Shown here: piece by piece, positions 1-9,703 of the stretch | Position numbering within the stretch: the stretch's first letter is position 1 | Layout: every line of letters starts with the position of its first letter | NCBI RefSeq assembly: GCF_030680395.1 | Contig: NZ_JAUXVR010000009.1 | Location: 39,931-103,930 of the forward strand | DNA: 64,000 nt | Source: Methylobacter sp. | GTDB lineage: Bacteria > Pseudomonadota > Gammaproteobacteria > Methylococcales > Methylomonadaceae | Reading direction: 5' to 3' | Notes under the pieces: generated by a model | Told to the model about the DNA's origin: nothing | What the model saw: only the letters and a program-made list of their open reading frames with translations | Database searches by the model: none | Position numbers and translations under genes: made by a program

Positions 1-396
1 TCCTAATGCCTGTTTAGGCCTTTCAAGCCTGGGAAGAACACGCGCCTTGTAATAGCGCTCAATTAACATCGCCACTGTAATACGGTTCTTTTCAGCTTCA
101 ATATGGGCCACAGCTGCGGTTTTACGTATTTGTTTCTCTCCTGCGACATCATGTCCCAAAGACACGTGGGCGCTTAATTCTTTAGCCTTACGCCGGGCGT
201 CGGAAAGCGACAAATCCTTATAGGAACCGATAAACATTTGGCGTTGTTTGCCAGCCAACCGATAACGGTATCGCCACATCGGAGCAGCCATTTCTTTACG
301 GTAGCAAAGATAAAGGCCGCCACCATCAGCTCGACCTTCAAAGTGTTCACCTTTATTGATCCAGGCTTTAATTTGGATGTCAGTTAATTTAGCCAT
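1..396 (-). CDS. P4-type tyrosine integrase, N-terminal part only (gene continues beyond the left window edge)
   Basis: I translated the reverse strand from the ATG at 396. It reads MAKLTDIQIKAWINKGEHFEGRADGGGLYLCYRKEMAAPMWRYRYRLAGKQRQMFIGSYKDLSLSDARRKAKELSAHV... This shows the LTD..I / GGLYL / W..RYR / G.Y...SL..AR pattern of the DUF4102 arm-binding domain. It is absent from the ORF track because no stop lies inside the window. Confidence 0.8.
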   Translation of the reverse strand, partial: MAKLTDIQIKAWINKGEHFEGRADGGGLYLCYRKEMAAPMWRYRYRLAGKQRQMFIGSYKDLSLSDARRKAKELSAHVSLGHDVAGEKQIRKTAAVAHIEAEKNRITVAMLIERYYKARVLPRLERPKQALG

Positions 397-708
397 TTTA
401 TCTCCGATGTGTACCAGGAATTTTGCTACACTCTTTTAGTTATGCTGCTTATAGCGATTATTGCGTACCAAATGAGTACCAAGAGAATTTGGTACACGCC
501 TTGGTACATATTTATTGTGCGCTTATATGGGATTGCTTGCAACAGCTAGAAACAAGAAACCCTCTAAATACGCGGGCTTCGTAGGGGACAGCGGTTTGAT
601 TGGGAGCGACTGAAACAATATTTTATATTCTCAGTCAGAATATTAAGTTAAACTGATTATTCAACCATTTTCAAGTCTTGCTTTCAGTTTCTGAGGATAA
701 ATAGTGTC

Positions 709-1116
709 ATGGCATTTCAGCTACATCCACGCTTGGATCAGGATTGCATAACTATCGGCCGTTTTGAGTTATGTCGTTTATTAATGATGAATGACAGCCA
801 GTATCCCTGGTTTATACTGGTTCCGGAACGGACGGGCTTGCAGGAAATTTATCAATTGAGCAGAGCCGAGCGTGAATTGCTGACCGAAGAATCCAGCTAT
901 CTTGCCGAAAATCTGGCAGCGCTTTATAAAGCTGACAAAATGAATATTGCCGCAATAGGCAATATGGTCCCGCAACTGCATATCCACCACATAGTCCGCT
1001 ATCAGACCGATAAAGCCTGGCCTGCGCCGGTCTGGGGGAAGTTCACTGCTGAGCCTTACACAGACCGGCAAATTGCAGACACCTTAACTCGCGTTAAAGC
1101 TCAGTTGGGAATGTAA
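709..1116 (+). CDS. HIT-family (histidine triad) nucleotide hydrolase/transferase
   Basis: 135-aa ORF with the histidine triad H-x-H-x-H-x-x in PQLHIHHIVRY. Confidence 0.85.
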   Translation: MAFQLHPRLDQDCITIGRFELCRLLMMNDSQYPWFILVPERTGLQEIYQLSRAERELLTEESSYLAENLAALYKADKMNIAAIGNMVPQLHIHHIVRYQTDKAWPAPVWGKFTAEPYTDRQIADTLTRVKAQLGM

Positions 1117-1154
1117 AACAGGCACAAGACCTTTCGCCTTATGCCTTAAAAATC

Positions 1155-1616
1155 TTAATCAACCAAAAACTCGGTAAAATAGGCCTCTTTAAAACCTTCG
1201 GTATGTTTAGCCTCGCCCTCTTCGGAATCCTCTTTCTCAGCGGGCGCGCCGTGTCCTTTGTCACCTTCCTCCATCTTTTCCAGTGTCTTACGAATAACAG
1301 CAGTGGTTTCCTGACGCAATGCTTCGCGCTGTTCCATGGTTTGCAATCCTTCAGACGGCCTACCGCTGTATAACATGATTAATTCGTGCCTTAATGCAGG
1401 CATGTGCTTTTTTACCGCCGCAATAGTGCCGGCGCCTTCAACCAATAGTTGAACATTAATCAGCAAAAACTTTTTTGGTTCCGCCAAATTAACGGTAAAC
1501 TTGGGAGTCATTTCCATGTATTTTGCACCGGCTTCCGCTTCCGATTCTTTTGCCCCTTCATTTGCAACAGCAACAGACATAAACAAAAGACTTAATACTA
1601 CAATTAATAAACGCAT
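1155..1616 (-). CDS. FliL-family-like periplasmic protein with signal peptide
   Basis: It has an N-terminal signal peptide (MRLLIVVLSLLFMSVAVA). The core is FliL-like (FTVNLAEPKKFLLINVQLLVEG...KKHMPALRHELIMLYSG...) and the C-terminus is YFTEFLVD. There is no flagellar gene context. Confidence 0.55.
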   Translation of the reverse strand: MRLLIVVLSLLFMSVAVANEGAKESEAEAGAKYMEMTPKFTVNLAEPKKFLLINVQLLVEGAGTIAAVKKHMPALRHELIMLYSGRPSEGLQTMEQREALRQETTAVIRKTLEKMEEGDKGHGAPAEKEDSEEGEAKHTEGFKEAYFTEFLVD

Positions 1617-1702
1617 AACAGACTCCGTGTAACTGGAAAATAATGGTCTAGTATAAGGCCAAGCCCATCAATTTTAAAACCAATCCAAGTACTGACAAGG
1701 CA

Positions 1703-2713
1703 ATGACAACTAATCTCCCGATCGGCCCGATAATGCTCGATGTTGCCGGCTTAACCCTGGCCCAAGACGAAAAAGAAAAAATAAACCATCCCAATACAGG
1801 GGCGGTCATCCTTTTTTCGCGTAATTATCAAAATCCCGAACAAGTGACCGAGCTGATTAACAGTATCCGCGCCGCGCGTAATGGCGACATACTGATCGCC
1901 GTCGATCAGGAAGGCGGCAGAGTACAACGCTTTCAACAAGGTTTCACGCGCTTGCCACCTGCCTCAAGCTACGCACAAAGCCCTGAATTGGCGGAACCGG
2001 CAGGCTGGTTGATGGCCGCCGAATTACTGGCTGTCGGTGTCGATTTCAGCTTTGCGCCGGTGTTGGATATTGATTGCGGCGTCAGCGAAATCATCGGCAA
2101 CCGTTCATTTTCAACCGATCCGGCACTTGCAACACGTCTTTCAAGCCTGTTCAGGAAGGGCATGAATGAGGCTGGCATGGCCGCAACCGGCAAGCATTTC
2201 CCCGGACACGGTGCAGTGGCTTTGGACTCGCACCTGACCTTGCCGGTTGACGAAAGAGATCTGGACAGCATCCGGGCAAAAGACTTGACGCCCTTTAAAC
2301 AACTGATCGAGGAAGGTCTGGAAGGCATTATGCCTGCGCATGTGGTCTATCCGAAAATAGATCCGAATCCGGCCGGTTTCTCGCCGTTCTGGATACAGCA
2401 GATATTACGCAAGGAATTAAACTTTAACGGCACGGTGTTCAGCGACGATTTAAGCATGGAAGGCGCGGCATCGGTCGGCGACTTCCCGGAACGCGCCAGA
2501 CTGGCCCAACTTGCAGGATGCGACATGATCCTGGTCTGCAACAACCCGGCGGCCGCCGGGCAGGTACTGGATGCCTTGCCGATAACCCGGAATCCCATCA
2601 GAGAGCAACGACTGGGCAGGATGCAAGGCAAACCGCAAATGCACCGCGAACAGCTGATGCAATCCGAAAAATGGCAGCAGTTATCAACCCTCATCATCAA
2701 CCACACCCTATAA
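1703..2713 (+). CDS. nagZ: beta-N-acetylhexosaminidase NagZ (GH3, peptidoglycan recycling)
   Basis: 336 aa with NagZ/GH3 signatures AVDQEGGRVQRF, KHFPGHG and FSDDLSMEGA. Confidence 0.9.
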   Translation: MTTNLPIGPIMLDVAGLTLAQDEKEKINHPNTGAVILFSRNYQNPEQVTELINSIRAARNGDILIAVDQEGGRVQRFQQGFTRLPPASSYAQSPELAEPAGWLMAAELLAVGVDFSFAPVLDIDCGVSEIIGNRSFSTDPALATRLSSLFRKGMNEAGMAATGKHFPGHGAVALDSHLTLPVDERDLDSIRAKDLTPFKQLIEEGLEGIMPAHVVYPKIDPNPAGFSPFWIQQILRKELNFNGTVFSDDLSMEGAASVGDFPERARLAQLAGCDMILVCNNPAAAGQVLDALPITRNPIREQRLGRMQGKPQMHREQLMQSEKWQQLSTLIINHTL

Positions 2714-2715
2714 AC

Positions 2716-3255
2716 ATGCTTGAAGAAATCAAACACGTCCAGGCAACGGCCGATTTGCTGCACAGCGAACAGGAAGTTGAAGCCGCCATCGATAACATGG
2801 CTCAGGAAATCAATATCACGCTTGCCGATCGCAACCCGTTATTACTCTGCGTTATAAACGGAGGCATCGTTACTTTCGGCAAATTACTGACCCGATTAAC
2901 CATCCCGTTAACCATTGACTCTATTCATGCCAGCCGTTATCAAAACCAGACTTCAGGCGGCAGTATCAAATGGCTGGTTAAACCGGAAACTCCGCTTAAA
3001 GACCGCACTGTGCTTATCGTTGACGACATTCTCGATGAAGGCATTACTCTTGAGGCTATCTATGAATACTGCCGGGAACAAGGCGCGACAGCTGTCTACA
3101 GCGCCGTGTTAGTGGATAAAATCCTCGGCCATGAAAAACCATTAACTGCGGATTTTATCGGACTGAAAGTGGAAAACCGTTATTTGTTCGGCTACGGTAT
3201 GGACTACAAAGGCTATTTACGCAACTCACCGGGCATTTACGCCTGCAAGGAATAA
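2716..3255 (+). CDS. hpt: hypoxanthine/guanine phosphoribosyltransferase
   Basis: It carries the PRPP-binding loop VLIVDDILDEGITL. I place the start at ATG 2716 (MLEEIKHVQ...), directly after the nagZ stop. The track's 2518 start would overlap nagZ by about 200 nt. Confidence 0.8.
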   Translation: MLEEIKHVQATADLLHSEQEVEAAIDNMAQEINITLADRNPLLLCVINGGIVTFGKLLTRLTIPLTIDSIHASRYQNQTSGGSIKWLVKPETPLKDRTVLIVDDILDEGITLEAIYEYCREQGATAVYSAVLVDKILGHEKPLTADFIGLKVENRYLFGYGMDYKGYLRNSPGIYACKE

Positions 3256-3260
3256 ACATC

Positions 3261-3989
3261 ATGACTCAATTAGCCATCATTGGCGGCACCGGCCTGACCC
3301 AGCTTAGCGATTTAAAAATCATCAAACGCGAACAACTGAGCACGCCTTACGGTTCGCCATCTGCCGAGTTTGTTACCGGAGAATTGAACAACAGCCAGAT
3401 TATATTCCTGGCCAGACACGGCAATCCGCATACCATCGCCCCGCACAAAATAAACTACCGGGCCAATATCTGGGGACTTAAACAGCTCGGTGTTGAACAG
3501 ATCATCGCCGTCGCCGCAGTGGGAGGCATTACCTGCAAAATGGCTCCTGCGCATATCGCCATCCCCGACCAGATTATCGATTACAGTTATGGACGCATGC
3601 ATACTTTTTTTGAAGACGAAACGGTTACTCACATAGATTTTACCTGTCCGTACAGTCAAAAACTGCGCTCCCGCTTAATTAGCGCCGCTGCCAAAATCAA
3701 CATAAAAATCAGCCCGATAGGTACCTACGGCTGCACCCAAGGTCCGCGCCTGGAAACCGCCGCAGAAATCCAGCGCATGGAAAGAGACGGCTGCGACCTG
3801 GTCGGCATGACCGGTATGCCGGAAGCCGCGTTAGCCAAAGAACTCGGTATGGATTATGCCGCGATCAGCGTAGTCGCCAATTGGGCCGCAGGAAAATCGG
3901 AAGGAGAAATAACTATGGAAGAAATTGAGCGGCACCTCCATAAAGGCATGGCGAATACCGCTGAATTACTAAAGGCTTTTTTAGATTAG
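3261..3989 (+). CDS. mtnP: 5'-methylthioadenosine/methylthioinosine phosphorylase (PNP family 2)
   Basis: 242 aa. The N-terminus is IIGGTGL, and ARHG..H and GMTGMPEA motifs typical of MTAP-type phosphorylases are present. It is tightly packed after hpt. Confidence 0.8.
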   Translation: MTQLAIIGGTGLTQLSDLKIIKREQLSTPYGSPSAEFVTGELNNSQIIFLARHGNPHTIAPHKINYRANIWGLKQLGVEQIIAVAAVGGITCKMAPAHIAIPDQIIDYSYGRMHTFFEDETVTHIDFTCPYSQKLRSRLISAAAKINIKISPIGTYGCTQGPRLETAAEIQRMERDGCDLVGMTGMPEAALAKELGMDYAAISVVANWAAGKSEGEITMEEIERHLHKGMANTAELLKAFLD

Positions 3990-3997
3990 GTTACGGC

Positions 3998-4477
3998 CTA
4001 ATGATGACAGCCCGCGCCATGGATATGTCCATGCTCGGCTTCCTCTTTAGTCGCCGGTCTAACATCCACAACTTCCACATCAAAAGTTAAGGCCATTCCT
4101 GCCAGCGAGTGATTGCCGTCAATGGTAACATCATCGCCCTCGATCTTAACGATGGTGACTTCGCCGGAACCGGAACTGACATCGGCATGAAACATCATGC
4201 CGACTTCAAGCTCGTCTATGCCTTCAAACATTGCGCGTGAAATCACCTGAATCATCTCATCATTTTGTTCGCCATAAGCATCTTTGGCGGCAATGCGCAC
4301 CTTAAATTTGTCACCGACAACTTTGCCTTGTAAAGCATCTTCCAGCCCGGGAATGATGTTTCCCGTACCGTGCAGATAAACCAAGGCATCATCACCTATT
4401 GAACTATCCAGCACTTCGCCTTCATCGTTAGTCAAAGTATAGTGAATTGAGACAGCCATATTGTCAGCTATTTGCAT
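3998..4477 (-). CDS. slyD: FKBP-type peptidyl-prolyl isomerase SlyD
   Basis: 159 aa with an FKBP core plus IF insert (YLHGTGNIIPGLEDAL) and a His/Cys-rich metal-binding tail, HGHIHGAGCHH. Confidence 0.85.
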   Translation of the reverse strand: MQIADNMAVSIHYTLTNDEGEVLDSSIGDDALVYLHGTGNIIPGLEDALQGKVVGDKFKVRIAAKDAYGEQNDEMIQVISRAMFEGIDELEVGMMFHADVSSGSGEVTIVKIEGDDVTIDGNHSLAGMALTFDVEVVDVRPATKEEAEHGHIHGAGCHH

Positions 4478-4581
4478 GATAAAACCTTTTTCGTAATTTA
4501 AAAGCCGACTATGATAAAGAGTTGCAGCTCTTTTGTCTGAAAAATTATTTCAATCCATCATACAACCACAGGAAATCAATC

Positions 4582-5082
4582 ATGTCGCGCTGGAGACCGC
4601 CGGGGCCCAAGTCATCCCCTTACATCACGCCGGAAGGCTATCAAGCGTTGGAAACTGAACTGAGGGACCTGTGGACCAAACGCAAAGAGGTTACCCAGGC
4701 TTTATCAGCGGCGGCAGCGGAAGGCGATCGCTCCGAAAATGCCGAATACATTTACCGAAAAAAAGAATTACGCGGCATCGACCGGCGCATTCACTATCTG
4801 CAAAAACGCCTGCCCGACCTTAACATCGTATCCCAACCGCCTGACGATCAGGACAGGATTTTCTTTAGCGCCTGGGTGACCTTGGAGAATGAAGCGGGCG
4901 AAGAAGTGACCTACCGCATTGTCGGAGCTGATGAACTTAATCCTAAGAAACAATACATCAGCCTCGATTCGCCGCTGGCAAGAGCACTGCTTAAAAAAAC
5001 CGTTGATGATGAAGTCGCCATTAACAATGAGCTTAAAGAAACCCGGTACACAGTTGTTGATATTAATTACGGCAACAGATGA
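4582..5082 (+). CDS. greB: transcription elongation factor GreB
   Basis: It has the Gre coiled-coil N-terminus (ITPEGYQALETELRDLW...EGDRSENAEY) and the Gre C-terminal domain. The start is set at ATG 4582 (MSRWRPPG), not the upstream TTG at 4522. Confidence 0.85.
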   Translation: MSRWRPPGPKSSPYITPEGYQALETELRDLWTKRKEVTQALSAAAAEGDRSENAEYIYRKKELRGIDRRIHYLQKRLPDLNIVSQPPDDQDRIFFSAWVTLENEAGEEVTYRIVGADELNPKKQYISLDSPLARALLKKTVDDEVAINNELKETRYTVVDINYGNR

Positions 5083-5205
5083 AACCTATTGTGCACCCGT
5101 TCAGAATGCATTCCGTTACACAGGCTTCGGATTCCATCATATCCGGTTTAAATTAAAGAATTAATATTGCAATAAATATAACACCCTATATAATACGCCG
5201 GGTAT

Positions 5206-5295
5206 GGAGAGGTGGCTGAGCGGCCGAAAGCGGCGGTCTTGAAAACCGTTGAGGGTTGATCCCCTCCCAGGGTTCGAATCCCTGCTTCTCCGCCA
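5206..5295 (+). tRNA. tRNA-Ser (anticodon UGA), class II with long variable arm, encoded CCA
   Basis: I folded it by hand. The acceptor is GGAGAGG/CTTCTCC and the anticodon stem is GCGGT/ACCGT with loop CT-TGA-AA. The T arm is CAGGG-TTCGAAT-CCCTG, the discriminator is G, and CCA is encoded. Confidence 0.93.
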
Positions 5296-5302
5296 TATAT
5301 AA

Positions 5303-5339
5303 AAAACCGATTGTTTTTTAAAAACAATCGGTTTTTTTA
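5303..5339 (+). terminator. intrinsic terminator after tRNA-Ser
   Basis: Perfect hairpin AACCGATTGTTTT-TTA-AAAACAATCGGTT followed by a T run. Confidence 0.75.
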
Positions 5340-5755
5340 TGCCTGTTTGCCCGACTTTGCGCGGCAGCTTAGATTGAATCTCTTTGGACAATCCACCGGC
5401 AACTTCTGATGTCGTTGACATTCCCTGGATCCCCCACTTAGTAAGCTGTAGGTATCTATCAGCTGCTGTTAGCCCATCTAAACCTTAGTCAACTATGACT
5501 TTTTCGATTGTAGACCTATCCAAGGAAGAGGGCCGATATAGCCTCTTCCAATGCCAAATAAGTCGTAAAGGTATAGAACAATATAGTGTGATTTCCTTGG
5601 TCTGACGGTGCTTACCACGTCAATGCCCCACCGTTTCATGCTACCATGCCCGCCAATCTGCATCTAAATTACAGGAACGGATGCGCACCAACAGCAAATA
5701 ATTCTTTATCTCAGTTGTAGATTAATAATAATTCAAATTTCTCAAGCAAATACGC

Positions 5756-7366
<1,611 letters not shown>

Positions 7367-7376
7367 CAGACACCCC

Positions 7377-7412
7377 GTAGGTCGGGTTAGCAGCCTTATC
7401 GCGTAACCCGAC
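7377..7412. repeat. REP hairpin (GTAGGTCGGGTTAGC...GCGTAACCCGAC) upstream of the RAYT gene
   Basis: It is an inverted repeat GTCGGGTTA(G/C)...TAACCCGAC. The same unit recurs at 7986-8075 and 8187-8283. Confidence 0.8.
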
Positions 7413-7426
7413 AACCAATCTCACAT

Positions 7427-7963
7427 ATGCAATACAGACGCGCATTCACCCCCGGCGGCTCCTTCTTCTTCACTCTAGTGACGCAAGGAAGAAAACCCAT
7501 TTTCTCCAACCCCGAAGCAGTCGAAGTCCTGCGCAACGCCTTTCGTAACGTCCGCAAATCGCGTCCATTCGAAATCGATGCAATGGTGGTTATGCCTGAT
7601 CACCTACATTGCATTTGGACATTACCGCCCGGCGATGCTGATTTCGCGACCCGTTGGCGATTAATCAAAACCTGGTTTACCAAGCATTGCGACCCGGCCT
7701 TACACAGCATGCGTAACGCATCCCGCCAAGCGCGAGGCGAGCAGGCCATTTGGCAACACCGTTATTGGGAGCATTTGCTTCGTGACGAAAGCGATTTCGA
7801 ACGTCACGTCGATTACATACATTACAACCCGGTCAAACATGGATTAGCATCATCGCCCATAGAATGGCCGTATTCCAGTTTCCAGCGTTATGTCGAAGCC
7901 GGTATTTTTCCGCCCGATTGGGGCAAAAACGCCATTAATTTTGCAGGCATAGGTCATGAATAA
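7427..7963 (+). mobile_element. REP-associated tyrosine transposase (RAYT, IS200/IS605 Y1 HUH family)
   Basis: 178 aa with the HUH motif in VMPDHLHCIWTLP and the catalytic-Tyr helix YIHYNPVKHG. It is flanked on both sides by its cognate REP hairpins. Confidence 0.85.
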
Positions 7964-7985
7964 ACCCCACAACAAATCACAAACC

Positions 7986-8075
7986 GTAGGTCGGGTTAGC
8001 GATAGCGTAACCCGACAAGCCCCCGATGCACCAAAGACCGAAAATGTCGGGTTACGCTGCGCTAACCCGACCTAC
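7986..8075. repeat. REP pair in inverted orientation (REPIN-like doublet)
   Basis: GTAGGTCGGGTTAGCGATAGCGTAACCCGAC lies at 7986-8016. Its inverted partner GTCGGGTTACGCTGCGCTAACCCGACCTAC lies at 8046-8075. Confidence 0.8.
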
Positions 8076-8080
8076 GAGGC

Positions 8081-8176
8081 TATTCCGGTTTCCAGCATTA
8101 TGTCGAAGCCGGTATTCTTCCGCCCGATTGGGGTCAAAACATCATCAATTTTGAAGGCATTGGACATGAATAAACA
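8081..8176 (+). pseudogene. duplicated 3' fragment of the RAYT gene
   Basis: 8081-8176 aligns with 7871-7966, the last ~96 nt of the RAYT gene through its stop, with scattered mismatches. It is followed by a second REP doublet. Confidence 0.7.
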
Positions 8177-8186
8177 TAATGGCAAT

Positions 8187-8283
8187 GTAGGTCGGGTTAG
8201 CGGTAGCGTAACCCGACAAGCCCCCGACGAACATGTCGGGTTACGCTACGCTAACCCGACCTACGAGGCTAACCCGACCTACG
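8187..8283. repeat. second REP doublet plus an extra REP half-site
   Basis: One REP lies at 8187-8217 and its inverted partner at 8235-8264. An extra CTAACCCGACCTAC half-site lies at 8268-8283. Confidence 0.8.
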
Positions 8284-8285
8284 GG

Positions 8286-8379
8286 GCTGACCGAAACGCT
8301 GGGCGAGCAAATGGCGAAAGGCGCGAAACTGGATCAACTGATACGCCAGAAGTTGGGAGGCTTGGGGTATGAGTTTTGA
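8286..8379 (+). repeat. 94-bp duplicate of the hsdM 3' end (copy of 7273-7366) carrying the hsdS start
   Basis: By hand alignment there are 4 mismatches in 94 nt. This copy contains the hsdS ATG (8369) inside ATGAGTTTTGA, the ancestral stop/start overlap. Confidence 0.85.
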
Positions 8380-9703
8380 GGCTGCCACTTACCAAGTTGA
8401 ACAATTAATTAGTAAGAAATTCTTGGAAATTGGGGATGGCTATCGCGCAAAAAACAGTGAGCTTTCCTCCACCGGTATCCCGTTTGCGCGAGCTGCAAAT
8501 ATCAACGATGGATTTAAATTTAACGATCCTGATTTTTTTCCCGAAGCTGATCTAGCAAAAGTAGGAAATAAAATCAGCAAACCAGGTGATGTGGTGTTTA
8601 CATCGAAAGGCACCGTAGGCCGGTTTGCTTTGGTCGGTGCAAATACCCCCCGATTCGTTTATTCGCCGCAGCTATGTTTTTGGCGCTCTTTGGATCAAAA
8701 AAAGTTATTGCCAGAATATCTCTATTACTGGATGAACAGCCAAGAATTTTTAAATCAGCTTGGCTATTTGAAGGGCCAGACTGATATGGCTGATTATGTC
8801 AGTCTGAGGGATCAGCGAAAAATTACGGCGACGATACCAAGTACTGATGTGCAGCAATTAGTTGTAGCTGTATTAAAACCAATTGATGACCGCATCGCAC
8901 TACTACGCAAAACTAACACCACCCTCGAAGCCATCGCGCAGGCCCTGTTCAAATCCTGGTTCGTGGACTTCGACCCCGTGCGCGCCAAACAACAAGGTCG
9001 CGAGCCGGAAGGCATGGATGCCGAAGCCGCCGCGCTCTTCCCCGACAGCTTCGAGGAATCGGAACTGGGGTTGGTGCCGAGTGGCTGGCGGGTTGCGCCT
9101 GTTGGTGATGTCGTGGAAATCGTAGGTGGTGGCACCCCGAATACAAAAGAGACGGAATATTGGGAGCCAGCTGAATTTGCTTGGACCACTCCTAGAGATT
9201 TATCTGGTTTGCAATCGCCAGTACTTTTGAAAACTGAGCGGTTATTGTCAGCAAAAGGTGTGTTAAAAGTAAGTTCAGGATTACTACCAATTGGCACTTT
9301 ATTGCTCTCTTCTCGTGCACCAATTGGCTATCTCGCTATTGCTCAAATACCACTAGCGATCAATCAAGGCTACATCGCTATTTTGCCAAGCAGTCAGTTA
9401 CCGCCGCTTTATATGTATTTTTGGTGCAAGCAAAACATGGAAGTAATCAAGAGCCGCGCTAATGGATCGACTTTTATGGAGATAAGCAAAAAAGCCTTTC
9501 GGCCAATACCTGTGCAGGTTCCGCCTGTGGATCTGTTAGATAATTTTTTAGACGTCGCAAATCCAATTTTTACTCGCTTGACAGAAAACGAAAAACAAGC
9601 CCAAACCCTAACCACCCTCCGCGACACCTTGCTCCCCCGCCTGATCTCCGGTCAGCTGCGCTTGCCCGAAGCCAAAACATTGCTTGAGGAAACCATCGCA
9701 TGA
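8369..9703 (+). CDS. hsdS: type I restriction-modification system, specificity subunit HsdS
   Basis: 444 aa with two target-recognition domains. They are separated by a conserved coiled-coil spacer (LEAIAQALFKSWFVDFDPV) and followed by a conserved C-terminal helix (LTTLRDTLLPRLISGQLRL). Confidence 0.9.
   Translation: MSFEAATYQVEQLISKKFLEIGDGYRAKNSELSSTGIPFARAANINDGFKFNDPDFFPEADLAKVGNKISKPGDVVFTSKGTVGRFALVGANTPRFVYSPQLCFWRSLDQKKLLPEYLYYWMNSQEFLNQLGYLKGQTDMADYVSLRDQRKITATIPSTDVQQLVVAVLKPIDDRIALLRKTNTTLEAIAQALFKSWFVDFDPVRAKQQGREPEGMDAEAAALFPDSFEESELGLVPSGWRVAPVGDVVEIVGGGTPNTKETEYWEPAEFAWTTPRDLSGLQSPVLLKTERLLSAKGVLKVSSGLLPIGTLLLSSRAPIGYLAIAQIPLAINQGYIAILPSSQLPPLYMYFWCKQNMEVIKSRANGSTFMEISKKAFRPIPVQVPPVDLLDNFLDVANPIFTRLTENEKQAQTLTTLRDTLLPRLISGQLRLPEAKTLLEETIA

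Noticed and set aside
540-640. Looked for a tRNA, tRNA fragment or att core between the integrase start and the HIT gene (for example ...GGGGACAGCGGTTTGATTGGGAGCGAC...).
   Set aside because: No cloverleaf can be drawn, and the GGTTTGATTGG stretch only loosely resembles a T-loop. I cannot support an att or tRNA call.
2518-2715. N-terminal extension of the hpt ORF overlapping nagZ by about 200 nt.
   Set aside because: The extension is Arg/Gly/Pro-rich nonsense inside nagZ. A clean ATG at 2716 gives a normal-length phosphoribosyltransferase.
5161-5421. 86-aa minus-strand ORF.
   Set aside because: It overlaps the tRNA-Ser gene and its terminator, so it is not a gene.
7956-8372. 138-aa ORF spanning the REP doublets (…VGLRCANPTYEA…VGLRYANPTYEANPTYGA…).
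   Set aside because: It is a read-through of palindromic REP DNA, the duplicated RAYT tail and the duplicated hsdM tail in a wrong frame. The repeated CANPTY peptide is just the REP translation.
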